The notes under the pieces are model-generated. The model was not told where the DNA came from and ran no database searches. It saw nothing but the letters and a program-made list of their open reading frames with translations. Positions 50,353 to 64,000 of a stretch of DNA of 64,000 nucleotides are shown in pieces. The position numbers and the translations under genes are program-made. The stretch is taken from positions 1,212,115 to 1,276,114 of the forward strand of contig MU053365.1 of assembly GCA_013239625.1 (NCBI GenBank), read 5' to 3'. This DNA is from Lama guanicoe. Its lineage: Eukaryota. Position 1 is the first letter of the stretch, and every line of letters starts with the position of its first letter.

Positions 50353-50847
50353 CAGCACTGTCCAACAGAAAGACAACATGAGCCACATATATAATTTTAA
50401 ATTATCTAGTCACATCAACAAAGTGCAAAGAAACAGCTGAAATTAATTTTGATGTTCTATTTTATTTAAGGCCATATATTTTGAATGCATTAACATGTAC
50501 TTAATATGAAATTATTCATGAAACATCAGACATTCTTTTTATTTTAAGTGCTTGAAATCTGGTGTACATTTTATACTTACAGCATACCTCAATTTGGATG
50601 CTAAAATTTCAGTGGTTAAGGTAAACTGTGGGCCTATCAAAATAATGAGAATTTAATAGAAAAATATTTTACACTGCTTCAGTTTTTAAATTTAAATTAA
50701 TTAAAATTAAATACAGTGAAATAAGAAAAAAATCAGTTTTTCAGTTGTATTAGCTACATTTCAAACTTTTAATAACCACATGTGGCCAGTGGCTACTATA
50801 GTGGAGGGCACAAAGCTAGAACATTTCCATCGTGTTGGACATTGCAG
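50353..50847. mobile_element. MER3/MER33 (hAT-Charlie) element
   Basis: cagcactgtccaacagaa...ccacatgtggccagtggctac...ttggacattgcag, with TSD-like TTCTAGAG/CTCTAGTG. Confidence 0.7.
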
Positions 50848-53800
50848 CTCTAGTGGTATGGTACCTATAACTAGAAAGCAGGTTTAAATGTCATCTGGAA
50901 GACAGATACATTGTGAAATAGTTTTCTGCTATTAACATAATCACTTGAAAAGTGAATTAAAAATACTCTTCTCAAAAATATATTTCTCAGACTAAAGTTT
51001 CCAGGCCTTTAAATGCCGACTTTTATCTTTTACAATTCACTTCTGGAAAATCTCCAAAATTATAAGATATCTAAAAGATCCAAACTGTAGTAGTTGAATT
51101 GTACCACAAGAGGACCTGCAAAGACAAGTTGAGCTCACATTTCCGCCATGCTTATGCTATTAAACTGAACTATAATTAGGAAAACATCTCACTGTCAATA
51201 TTAATATTTTCACATCTGCCTTCATTAAGATCTAAAAAGGTGATCCGTTTTGATCTAATTTAAAAATAGCACATGATATGGGCACTATAAGCGGTAGCTT
51301 GAGGCCACCAAAAGTACCATTTTGGCAGGAATGAGGGGACAGTATATGATGATTAAGAACATGAAATGTGAAGATGTACATGCCAGGGTCAAGTCCTGGT
51401 TGGAGGCCACACCAGCTTAATGACCTCAGGCAAATTTCTTTATCCTAAAATAAAGCTAATTACATACCTACGTCCTACACTTTTTGAGGATTAAACTAGA
51501 TAACACATATAAAGTGTTTATCACAGCATACATCGTTAAGTACCCCAAAATGCTAGTTATTATTATGGTTATTAGTTTTTGCTAACTCTTGATCCTCTCA
51601 GGATTTAAAACATTTCTTTGGTGAAGAAGGAGCATTGCTTTAAGCCTACCATACCTTTTAATGTTACTTCTGTGTAACAGGAAGACTTACAGACAGTAGT
51701 ATATCAAGAGAGGAAGTGACTGTGTTTTGTGTGTAAATGGTTCAGCCCTGCCTGGCTCCAGCCCACACTTGCTCTTCCAAGACTGAGATTGGAATCAAGT
51801 TCTTTGACTCATTCCAAGTACCTGTTTCTGTCCTGGGACCAACTTCCCTGGCTACTAACTTCACAGTTCACGCTATGATCTCTGTCAGAGCCACACCTTT
51901 TTGAAGTCTGGTGCTTGATGCCATTTTCCTTGCTGTGATCTTAACCTTAACCTTGGCTTTTCCCCCTTAGCTCGCTTCAGATAACATCTTTCCCAGTTGG
52001 TTCTGGCATCTTTTTGCTGAATCTTACCTCATTCAGCAATGCTCTCATTCCTCATCTATGAGCAAGAATTTTCTGTGAAAGACCAAAAGAGCTCTGACTA
52101 CAGAATGCCCATTAAGTCACTTTAACTCATTTACAAAGATATTTGTTTAGTTGAATAATAGTATGTGCCTTCAAAATTGGTCATGTGTGCATTTTGGATT
52201 TACAATATTCTGTTAAATATTTAATTTAATGTAAATATGTACATCTTTATAATGTCAAAGCAGTTACTACCAAATAGCTAATAAACTTTATAAAATCACA
52301 TGCTCCTTATTATCTCCTCTATAGTAATATTTCATATTTGTAATTGTAGTTTTAGGGAATACAGCTATTACTGTCCTCTGTGAGTTTAAGTGGCTTCTCC
52401 CATTGTTGCAAAGCTATTATGTGGGGCCCAAGGCTGGAATCCAAGTTCTATGACTTCAATTCTTGTATTTATTCCCTTAAACCAGAATGCTTCTATCACC
52501 CACCCACCCCGTCCCTCATGACAAAAAATGACATGGGTAAGCTGAATACCTCCCAACGTCTTTAAGTTTTGAGCCTCTAGACCCAAAGATCAGGGAATAG
52601 GTCCTGTTTCCTGGGAAGCAGTGGTGGAAATCAAATTTTCCCTGGTTTTGGTCTTTATATGAATGGAATCATCCTATCTACATATACTCTTCTGAGATTC
52701 ACTTATTTCTTGTAATATCACATTTTGAGATTCATTCATATTGATGCATGTGGCTGTAGTTTATTTGTTTTTACAATTGCAGTGTATTCTATGATGTGGA
52801 AATTCCACAATATTTTCATCTATTTAACTGTTGGTGAACATTACAAAAAATGCCGCTGAAAGCACTTTTGTACATGTCTTTTGGTACCTATGTGCAAGAA
52901 TTTCCCTTACGTGTATTAACATTGATAGTCAGTTGGTCCATACTAGCATTGGGTGCAGACTGACATCCATTCTGATTGGTTAATGTCCATGACTCATTGG
53001 TTGTTAAATAGTTTGTTACCTCCAAATATATCTAGGAGTAGAATTGTTGGCTCATAGAGTTTGTGCATGTTTAACTAGGTAATACCAAATTGTTTTCAAG
53101 AGTGATCATAGCAATTTTAACTTCTACTAGGAGTGTATGAGAATTCTATTGGTTCCACCTACTCACCATCTTAGCATCAGCAAACATTTTAATTTTGGCC
53201 ATTGTGATAGGGGACAAATGGTATGTCATTGCAATTTTAATCTGCATTAACCAGGTTACTGATGTAGGTGAGTATCTTCTATTGGCCATTTTCTTTTCTA
53301 CTTCTGTGAAATATCTGTGCATGTCTTCTGCCAGTTTTTCAATTTTTTTCTTTAGATTTTACAAGTTTCTTATATTTCTGGATACGAGTCCTTTGTCAGT
53401 TATATGTGTTGGGAATACCTTCTCCCACTTGTGAACTGTTTTATCAGTTTATAGTATCCTTTTTTCTTTTGGCCAGACATTTTAAACTTTAAAATTGTCA
53501 AATTTATTAGCTTTACTTTTATAGTTTGAGCTTTATCGTTTAATAAATCTTTCCTTATCTCAATTCTTGAACCATCTGTTTTACACAATCATTCATCCAT
53601 TACTTTCTTCTTTCCTTCGTTCAACAAGTATTTATTGAGTTCATCCTATGTACATGGTACTATGCTATATTTAAATACAGATATTATAATTATATCTATA
53701 TAATATCTATGTAATATTGACAACCATGCAATGATATAGATAACATTTATATGATACAAATATCATCTTGTACATATGTAGTAATTTTCATTTTTTATAT

Positions 53801-54134
53801 CTTTCAGTTCTACCAAAGTAATTTTGAGAGAATTGAATGAGGTGCATTAAGAACAGATCCGTTTTACAGAAAAGAAAACTTTAGGTTAAAGTCGTTAAGT
53901 AATTTGAATAAAGTCAGTTAGTGAATGATATTCAACAATAGAACTCATTTTTAACTAATCTGCAAATCTAAATATATTCCTGTACTAGAAAATGTCATAA
54001 TTCTATGGATAAAAAGACTAAGGCATGACATGGTTGATTGACATGGCTGACACAGGGATTCCATGGATAGCGTCTATGCTCAGTGACATCAGTTTTGCTG
54101 TTTTGTCCTTATCTGTTAGGTCTATCCACTTTTT

Positions 54135-55253
54135 TTCTTTTGGTTTTTTTTTATTAAAGTGTAGTTGATTTATGATTCTAGTTTCAGGTGTACAGCAAAG
54201 TGATTCAGTTATACATATATATACATACACATATATTTTTATATTCTTTTTCATTATAGGCTATTACAAGCTATTTTTTAAACATTTTTAATTGAGTTAC
54301 AGTCATTTTACAATGTTGTGTCAAATTCCAGTCTAGAGCACAATTTTTCAGTTATACATGAACATATATATATTCATTGTCACATTGTTTTTTGCTGTGA
54401 GCTACCACAAGTTATTGTATATATTTCCCTGTGCTATACAGTATAATCTTGTTTATCTGTTCTACATTTTGAAGTCTCAGTCTGTCCCTTCCGACTCCCC
54501 ACCCCCTTGGCAACCACAAGTTTGTATTCTATGTCTATGAGTATGTTTCTGTTTTGTATTTATGTTCATTTTTTTTTTAGATTCCACATATGAGCAATCT
54601 CATATGATATTTTTCCTTCTCTTTCTGACTTACTTCACTTAGAATGACATTCTCCAGGAACATCCATGTTGCTGCAAATGGTGTTATGTTGTTGGTTTTT
54701 ATGGCTGAATAGTATTCCATTGTATAAATATACCACCTCTTCTTTATCCAGTCATCTGTTGATGGGCATTTAGGCTGTTTCCATGTCTTGGCTATTGTAA
54801 ATAGTGCTGCTATGAACATTGGGGTGCAGATGTCATTTTGAAGTAGGGTTCCTTCTGGATATATGCCCAGGAGCGGGATTCCTGGGTCATCTGGTAAGTC
54901 TATTCCTAGTCTTTTGAGGAATCTCCATACTGTTTTCCACAGTGGCTGCACCAAGCTGCATTCCCACCAGCAGTGTAGGAGGGTTCCCTTTTCTCCACAG
55001 CCTCTCCAGCATTTGTCATTTGTGGACTTTTGAATGATGGCCATTCTGGCTGGTGTGAGGTGATACCTCATTATAGTTTTGATTTGCATTTCTCTGATAA
55101 TTAGTGATATTGAGCATTTTTTCATGTGCCTAATGATTATTTGTATTTCTTCATTGGAGAATTGCTTGTTTAGGTCTTCTGTCCATTTTTGGATTGGGTT
55201 GTTTGTTTGTTTCTTATTAAGTCATATGAGCTGCTTATATATTCTGGAGATCA
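54135..55253 (-). mobile_element. Young camelid L1 (54274-55253) followed by a second L1 3' end (54135-54273) inside one TSD
   Basis: Intact ORF2 C-terminal 182 aa (54577-55125); TSD TATCCACTTTTT at 54123-54134 and 55254-55265. Confidence 0.9.
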
Positions 55254-55899
55254 TATCCACTTTTTGAACTAAGAAATCCTAGTTTTAAAATTTACTGCCC
55301 TGATTCTTCCCTTCATTTAATAACTAATAACAGGGTACTATATTCATAGCACTATTTGTTTATTATTTTGGGTTTTACCAAAATATGATCATGGTCCTTA
55401 AAAAATTTGGGGGATTAATTTATTTTGGGAGGTAAAACACACACATGAAAAGCTAATATAATATGAAAGTTAGTTATAGTGTTGTGCCAGTAAGGCAGCT
55501 CTTGAAAAGGAAAAAAAAAAGTCAAAAGTCCTGATTTATAGCTTTTGGTGATTCCATGGGCTATCTCTTCCTACCAGGACCGATTACAAGCTACCAATGG
55601 TTTAACAACGGAGATTGCAAAATTCCTGAATATTTAACAGTCAGCTCACAGAAGCAAAGAGAGCTGGCTCTAGCGCACCACTGGTTATATAACAACATGG
55701 CATGATAATATGGGGTCATAAGGTGGTATATAACCATTAAATGAGTTGTATAGAGAGTGAGACTACTATATTCTGAGAATGAAAGCACAGTAAAAGGTTA
55801 GGTCAACTGAGCACAAATATCAACCTCTTCTTCTGTTTTAAATTCAGTAAAATGATTGAAATACCTATATAAAAGCAAATCCACACTATCCTTCTTTCT

Positions 55900-56320
55900 A
55901 TTTCTTTAGTGCACCAGTCATATTTCTCCCTTGGGGCTCTGTTCTCTCTGTACATATTGCCTCCTTTAGCTGTCTACATGGCTCCCTCCATCACTTCCTT
56001 CACTTCCTTCAGTCTATGCTTAAATGTCACTGCCAGGTCTTCCCTGAACACCCTGTTTAATACTTCTCCACACCCCCATCCCATGATCCAAACAGGTATT
56101 TTTTCCCTGATTCCTTCCCAAACTTGTTCCCATAGCACTTATCACCATCTGAGAAACTGGACATTTAAATGTTGTATTTGTTGTCTGTCTCCCTCCACTA
56201 GAAGGTAAAGCTTCATGAGAGCTAGGAATTTTGTCTCTTGTGTTCACTGTTATATCCCTGGTACCTATAACAGTGACTGGTACACTGTAGAAGTTCCATA
56301 AATATTTGTTGCATGACTAA
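55900..56320 (+). mobile_element. L2 3' fragment
   Basis: ...ctccactagaaggtaaagcttcatgag...ataaatatttgttg. Confidence 0.75.
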
Positions 56321-57149
56321 CAGTGGTGATAAACAAGAGAGTATGCCAGCAGTGGACCAGAAATTATGAGGGATTCCTGGAAGGTAGAAACAGATCGAAT
56401 CAGATAGACAAGAACAGAGTAAATCACATCCCAAAACACATATAGCAGAAAACTACTGAAGTCAAAACAAACCCAAAACAACTCCAAATCCAGAGTCAGT
56501 AAATGTGGCGTAAGGGATGGGGGCAGAAAGGCTCCTGGGTTGGGCAACTGCCAGCGAAATGAAAGAACTATATTACAAGCATAGGGCTAGTTGCCTATCT
56601 TCCCAAACCCCTTCCCACAAGAGCCTTCCACTCTTACTGAGTGAAGGTTGCCACACGTTTAACTGCAGGAGGGAAAACAATAAGGAAACTGCACTTTTAA
56701 AAGGTGAACTAGCCACCAAGGAACTGCTGTTAGTATGGGTATAGGAGTCTGAGAGAGAAGTAGAACAGAACTTGAGTTAGCTTTGGACTTCATGACAGAC
56801 CCAAGAAGGTGGGATGGGAAGGAAAGAGTTCTACTCAGGAGAGAAAGAAATCCTTCAATCTGTTGGCAGTTGCAACAAGAATGGTGTCTACTTTAGTTTG
56901 ACATACCTTTAAGTAAAATTATCCAAAGGCTTGCTTTATGCCTTATTCACTTACATAGAGCTGAACTCACAGAAGTTACCTCTCATTCACCAGAGCAGCT
57001 TGTTGGGAAAACGTACCTATACAACTGCAGAGACAAACCTTGTCAACTACCTAGATTTAGAACCTAGTCCTTCATTCATAAAAATGAACCAACAGCCAAG
57101 TGTAATTTTAAAATATCCAGAATTAAGATCCCAGATCACTACAGTATGT

Positions 57150-59070
57150 GCAATGGACAGGAACGGGGGAAAGGAATATTGAGTGCTAAGGATCTTTTCT
57201 TTTTCAGGGGAAGGGTATGGATTAGTGTACTGATTACTTTTATATGATGAAAGAAAATGTAATTTTAAATGTTTATCAACATTTTAAGGGTAACCACTAA
57301 AAGAATAGAAATAAGATATATAACAAATTGCTACAGGGAAAATAACATGGAAACCTCAATCAAGTCAACAAAGGGCAGTAAAGTTAGAAAGGAGGCGAGA
57401 GAGAGAGATGGAAGGAAGGAAAGGAGGGAAAAAAAGGAAGAACATGATAAAATATAAAATAGAATATCAAAATCATATAAAATATATATAGGTTATATTC
57501 CCCTATTCAGAGAGAAGATAGACATTTCAGTTGGGTTAGAAACACCCCCTTCTGACAAAATCGACTTATACCATGAAGAGATACATCTAGAAAAAGGCCA
57601 AAAGACTAAAATGACATAGAGAAGTTGAATATAAAGATACATGGAATAAATACCAGGCAAATGCTTTAAAAAAAAAAGTACCCTAGTAAACCTTTCTGTA
57701 TCTACCAGTATCATTCTGAAATATGTAGAGCGAATATTCTAAGATATATAGTAAATTTTAACATGTCTTTTCTCAGAAACTGAGAGTCAAGTAGACAAAA
57801 CTTAATTAAGAATTAAGATTGACCAGAGATAAGAAATATATATACATATATATATGTTTTTAATAAATGTATGTTATATATATATTTATCAAAGAAAGAC
57901 TTCACATTTTTCAAGCAAGTATAAAGCATTTATAAAGACTGATGATGAAGTTGGCTACAAAGGGAAAAGCAATCAGTTCTCCAAAGCAGAATATAAGCAA
58001 GTCTTTTTCTCTTACCACAGTATAGCAACATGAAGAATTTAGTAAAAAGGAGATCAGAATCCAAAATAGGTGTTATGAGGCTAAAACCAAGGTGTAGAGT
58101 TCCATTCCTTCTGGAAACTTTAGGGGAGAATCCTTACCTTGCCTCTTCCAGCTTGTAGAGGTTGTCTGAATCACTCCTAACTCTGCTTTCATCATCATTT
58201 TCTCTGACTCTTCTGCCTCCCTCTTTTAAGGACCCTTCTGATTACAGTGGACCTTCATCATCTTCCTATCTAACTTAATCACATCTGCAAAGTCCCTTTT
58301 GCCAAATAAGGTAACAGGTTCTGTGGATTAAGATATGGACACCTTTGAGGGTGGGGCATTATTCTGTCTTCCACAATCTGGACATGAAAATATAACCTTG
58401 GGTATAAAAAAGTCAAAACTGAAACTGCAATTTATTTACAAATGAAAAACAGTGTTATGTATTTGCTATATACCCAAACCTATGGGATGCTCAAAAGTTG
58501 TACTCAGAGGAAGATGTGGTCTTGAACATATCTATTAGAAAACAAGAAGTATTAGAAGGAAGGAATCAAGTGCTCAATTCAATGAGGTAGAAAATTAATA
58601 GAAAAATAAGCCCAAAGAAATCAGAAAGAATTGATACAGATAATACAATAGAAAACATTGAAACAAGTCAACAATTCACTAAATAAAATCAGTGAAACTG
58701 AAATCTGATTTTGGAAAGAACAAGAAAAAAATTTTGACAAGTGTAATTATGAGGAAAAGAGCAAACACACAACAATGGTAAGAATAAGGATATTTAAAAG
58801 TTTGTAAGAGGAATTCTATGTATAATTTTATACCATACACTTAAACTCTAGAAAATGGATGGTTAACAACATTAACACAAAAAGCAGTAGAAAATTTGAA
58901 TGAAAAATGCAATATAAGAATCTGAAAAGATATTCAAAAATTTTACCCTTACAATGAACTTGATTGAGATGATTTTACAGTTTTCTATTAAACCTTCAAT
59001 AGACATATAATTACAATGCTATGCAAATTGTGCCAGTCATATAACAAAAATGAAGAGTTTTCAAATTCAT
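57150..59070 (+). mobile_element. Decayed L1ME-type ORF2 region with a nested MLT1 LTR fragment (~58075-58375, minus)
   Basis: A-rich ORF2-like debris; MLT1 motifs cttgcctcttccagctt and aatcacatctgcaaagtccctttt. Confidence 0.6.
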
Positions 59071-61760
59071 TCTTTGCAACCACTGCCTGCACTCCCCACA
59101 CAAGCGCACTTCCTGTTTCTCTTCTCTGTCCTCCTTATACATTATTTAAACCAATATTCAGCGTTCATATTATTATGACACTGGGGATATTAATGTCCAT
59201 GGGTTTTTCTTTTTTTTTTTCTTCTCCCTGTATCTTTTCTATTTCCTTCAGATTTTTCTTCTCTGTTTGCTTGTTCTGGTCTCTCTTTCATGATAGTTTC
59301 CTCAGATATCTGTGATCTTTAGATATCCATTCATATTTACAAGGGAGGCACCAAGATTACTAGAGATGGCTGAGCATGTGGGTGGGGTTATTTGGCTGCC
59401 ATTGGTGTGCCTGGACTGTTTCACTGGGGAACCACTCATTGTATCTTTAGACTCAACATGACCTAGCTGTGTGCACCAGGCTGGTTTCCAGGTATCAGGA
59501 GGTTGCTCTTTCACATTTTCTTTCTCATTAGTATCCCTAGTTTAATTTCAGTCTTCTGATTCATCTTCTACACTTCACCAAGAGAATCCCATCTACACAC
59601 AGGTCTGACTGTGTCACATCTGAACCCCTTCATGAAGGAGGTTGGAGGCAAGAAACAATAAAGGAAATTTGATTAGAGCAAAAATGTGGGTGGGCCCTGA
59701 AGAGAGGGCCCTGCACCCTGTTTCCTATGTCCAGATACAGCTCCAGGGAGGCAGCAAGGGAATGACTGTAAGAGGTGTCCACACAGATGGATCTATACAC
59801 AGTCTCACTGTGTTTCTTGTCCTTCTAGTACTGAAACTGCAGAAAGACTCCTGTGCAATATAGAAGCTGCAGAAAGGTTCATGATTTTAAGGTAACAAAA
59901 GACCCTCGCAAGGAATGTGTGCTTGCCCCAGGGCCAGATTACATGCCCCTCTTTGGCTTTGGCATTTTAGAAGGTCCTTGGAATGTAGACACAACCCTGG
60001 GGAAATAGGAGGACCTCGAATTGACTGAGATTATGTTTTTGCAATCCAGTGAAATGGAACTCAAAATAGAAATTAATTTGCATTGTAGAAAAACAAAGAA
60101 AGTGATATTTCTTGCACATTTGACACTTTAGACTGAGATTTGTAACTGGTATATAATCATGAATAAGGTAAGTTGTCAATTAATATTAACAGTCCATTTG
60201 TGCAGGTGAGAGAGAATTGAGAACATCTTTCTTATGAGGGAAAAAAAACCTGAGAGACAGGTGTATACATATAATATAAATCTTTTAGGAAAAAGCAGAA
60301 TAATACTTTTCTTGACATGCTTTAAACGATCATATGCAAATTTAATTGCTTTTGAACTATAGTCTGGAATCACTCACTTGAGTTAATTGGGAACAGACTT
60401 GCTTGAATTAATGAAGCATGAGAATTTTAGACAATTTTCCAATACGTGCAGTAACTTGGGGCTGGTTGTAAAGACCATCAATTACAAAGAGTGTGACCTT
60501 GAATAGATTATTTCCTCAGTCCTGGAATTGATAATGATCCCTATATTACATGGTTGTTTTGAGGATTAAATGAAGGAATGTTTATAGAAGTACCCAGCAA
60601 GAACCAATCATTCAATAAACTATAGTTCCCTTTTTGCCGTTTCCTGAATGTGAAGTTGATGGAAATGCACTGGTTTCTCTGAATGCCCAAACTAATCCCC
60701 AGAGCACAATAATGACATAAGTTCTATGAGTAAGGACTTCATACTACAAGTGGGAAATTGGAAACTAAGGTCATGTCTTTTGAGTTCTGAGCCCATCTGA
60801 ACTTGCTGGTATTTTTCTGATATTTCTGATATTTTTCATTCTACATCTAAGCCTATTAAACCAATTTGGAAGGAATTGATGTATATTTTAACTAAAAAAT
60901 GCATAATTAAAAAACAAACCTAAATGATATACAGAGAAAAACAACCAAATACTTCCACTCTGTAAACGTTTCACCTAAGAGGTTAAATGTCAGGGTTTTG
61001 GTTTCTTTTGCCTTGACCTAATCACATTTGTTGAGTGTAATATTTAACAACTCACTTTAAAAAAATCTTACTGTAGAGAGAACAGGCCCACAGGGGAGTA
61101 TTTGACAGTCTGTGATGAGTGTGGTTTGTATCCACTAGCTCCAAACAACCTACAAATAAAACGAGTTTTGCAAAAGAAAAAAAGAACCCTTTTGATGGTA
61201 AAGTCTATGAAGCTTATGTTTTTGAAAAGAGAATTAGGCTTTGAAAAGTGAGGGGCTATTAGAAAGGTTGAAGCTCAAATTTCTCAATTTATGGGTGATA
61301 GAGTCAGGACAGTGCAGTGGTAATAGCTACTATTATTGACTGTCTACTATGTGCCTGGTGCTACAGTGTCTCCTTTACATGTGTGAGGAGTGTATTTGGT
61401 CATGTAAAGAAAATAGCTTGGTTACATCTCGAAATGTGGTCCCTAGGTATAGGAAAGAGGTCATTCCAAAGCTTGTGCAGGTTGTTTGTGGAGCCATTGC
61501 TAGGAGGCTAATAGCTCTGTAATTGAATCCCTTTCCCCTTGTCCTGGGTCTCATACTGTCTTTTCCTATTGAGGTCTATGCAGATCAAGTTTAATTTAGG
61601 GAAACTTTCTTACTCAGATTGAATCTAAATTGTATATTATATATAATGTATGAATATATGTATAGATGTATACCCTATATATATTTATATATATATAAAG
61701 TATGTGTGCATAATTTTGTACATGTAGGATTATACCTGATAAATAAGATCCCAGAATCAC

Positions 61761-62070
61761 CTGAAATTTGGTAGGATAGCCCTTTACAGAGGTGGTACCA
61801 TATGTATCCCACTAGCAATGTCTGACAGTGTCTGTTTCCTGATAGCCTTTCCTCTCATTCTCCCTTGAAGTCTTTCCAGTCAGGATTTTGCATAAAAGAA
61901 CATCAGTTAAGAAGGCTCAGAGGCAGTAGAAAGCACAGCATATTGAAGCCTGTCAAATAATTCAGTATGGCTGAAGCATAGTATGTGTGGGGGCAAAGAT
62001 ATAAACATAGATATAAAGATGGGGTTAAAGGCAAGGAATTAAGCAGCAGAGGTAAGCAGAAGTATATGTA

Positions 62071-62114
<44 letters not shown>

Positions 62115-62200
62115 TGAACATACACGTATATATGTATGCATCCACATATAGAGCAACTTCAAATTATTCAGTATAACTTGAGTGTAGTATGTGGGGCAGT
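61761..62200 (-). repeat. Right arm of an inverted duplication (partner 47255-47660)
   Basis: Same composite of L2-like fragments, TA/TG microsatellite and L1ME start, in opposite orientation. Confidence 0.9.
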
Positions 62201-63329
62201 TTTTTGGGAGGGAGGGCAGTGGTGTATATTTGGTTTTTGATTGCCCTTTGCGTGGGCAGAATGTCTCATTCTACTCTTTCCATCAGCAGGAAGATGTTGG
62301 AGGGGCGACCAGGTCTAGAGGACAAAAAGCCACTCAGACTGTTGTGCTGATAATCCAGGAGGATGGACCTGTGGAACTGAGCATAAAGGCTGGGGGCTGG
62401 GAATATCCAAAATGGGAACTATGTGAAGAGTTTAACTTTGGGGAGTGCTTTTCTTCTGGGCCATGGGAACAGTCATATGAAGAGTACAGTTTTAAATCAC
62501 TTCGCTTCTCTGTTGAAATCTCTTTACTCTCAACTCCTATTTAAGATTCACCTTACCACCATGTTCACTGGTAGTGGTGTAAGGAGTAAAGGGACAGAGT
62601 TGCACAAGGAAGTGTGAATCGCCCAATAGTGGCCCCACTGCTGATGCCCAGGTGCCAGGAGCAGCGTGCTATATAGTGGGCGGCTGTGCTCAAGTGTTTC
62701 TGGAGGCAACCAGCATCCAGGAAAGAGGTGGCTTATGGCTGAGCTGAGAATAGTACGGAGGAGCAGCTGCGAGGTGGGAGATTCAGGAGCAGATGTGAGA
62801 TCATCCCTTTCTCGGTATATCTTAGAAGGTGATCCTTGCAAAAGAAAAGACTGACTTGGGATTCACACAAATAATCTTTTATTTTCCCAGGAAACTTGTG
62901 TGATAGGTGTTATTCTCCTCGCTGTATTATATTAGAAAATAATAATAATTTTCTTATGCTGTAAATAACGATGATAAAAATAGTTATCATGTATTGTGTA
63001 CCTATTACTGGCCAGGCCCTCTACAATTTCCTTTACATGCTTCATTATTATGGAAATATTACTGCAAGAAAATAATTGTTTTCTCAGTTTTACAGATGAA
63101 AAACTAGAGACTCAGAGAGTAAATGATATACTCAAGGTCATGGAGGTAACAATGGGCCTAGAATCAAGGACTGTGGAGTGCGGAGGCATGCTTATCCCCT
63201 TCATTCATCATAGAGGCAAGAGATGACAGAAGTAATTAGGGATGAACTTCCCCAACTCCCCTCTTATCTTTTTGAGACTTACTTGTATCCTTACTTTCTT
63301 CTGATTTCTGTTCATCCTTCTCTCTAGGA

Positions 63330-64000
63330 CATCCAGGTATCATTTGAATTCCATATCTTCCTGCCCCCTTGTGACCTTTCTCCAGCAATATCTCTCTTCT
63401 ATTCTTACAACTATGAGCATTAAAAAAAACTCCTTTACTCAATCCTTTCTATCTCCCAAAGTTGTCTTCTTCAAAGAGAAGTTTTTATTCAGTGTATCTA
63501 TACTCTATTCATTTGTCAGTTCACTGCAATGATGCTCTAAGATCGTCATAGACCTCCTGATTGCCAGACCCAATGGCCTATTTTCAGTCTCCATTCCTTT
63601 GAACCTTTCTGCAGCTTTTGACACTATACTATTGACTGTCTCATAGTTCTTGAAATTCTTTCATCCTTCAGCATCCATGACACCAGTCTCCTGTTCTCCT
63701 GCTGCTTTTCTTAACACTCCTCCTTAGTCTTGTTCAGTGGCTCTTCCTTCTTCTGTGCCCACTTCTTACACATGAATTTTCCTTAGGGTTTCATCTTCTG
63801 TGCTAAGAATTTCTTCTCTCTGAAGATGAATTTATGCCATCCTATGGCTCTATTTTCCAAACTTGAATCAGAGTTTCTTTCTGAGGTTCAGAACAGTATT
63901 GGCTATTGGAATTGTTCTAAAGCCTAGTTTAAAAAGAACCTTCATCTATAAAACCTTATGACTCTCCCAGCTCGATACACTCTCTCACTCGTTTGAACCT
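63330..64000 (+). mobile_element. L2 ORF2 remnant
   Basis: gacctcctgattgccagacccaatggcctattttcagtc...ctgcagcttttgacact, typical L2 RT-region sequence. Confidence 0.7.

Noticed and set aside
54577..55125. 182-aa ORF (and 41458-42440 ORFs) as host genes
   Set aside because: C-terminal fragments of L1 ORF2p in 5'-truncated copies.
1..64000. CRISPR arrays, rRNA, operons or other prokaryotic systems
   Set aside because: The sequence is mammalian and no repeat-spacer or rRNA-like structure was seen.

Overview
Mammalian X-chromosome DNA at the 5' end of FMR1, most likely from a camelid (Vic-1-type tRNA SINEs and camelid-type L1 3' ends). FMR1 lies on the minus strand. The window holds part of intron 1 (1-3593), exon 1 (CDS 3594-3644, MEELVVEVRGSNGAFYK), an uninterrupted (CGG)11 repeat and the CpG-island promoter. 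The ~60 kb upstream is mostly L1, L2, MIR, MLT1 and MER debris. However, the unique stretches between repeats read on the minus strand as a large, decayed, intron-containing gene (~44.6 kb to 16.9 kb, possibly starting near 51 kb). Its exons retain splice sites, several junctions are phase-compatible, and the Cys/His motifs follow the order seen in CxC/KDZ (Kyakuja-Dileera-Zisupton) transposases. I interpret it as a possible domesticated-transposase gene that died before the eutherian radiation; this is inferred by eye and needs a profile search. Other notable structures: an L1 with a 245-bp target-site duplication, an L1 with an apparent 3' transduction, an L1 5'UTR-ORF1 piece fused to an inverted T>C-rich ORF2 fragment, and an inverted duplication bracketing ~14 kb. 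A ~820-bp duplication across an N gap is treated as an assembly artefact. Repeat family names are from recognition, not from a database run.
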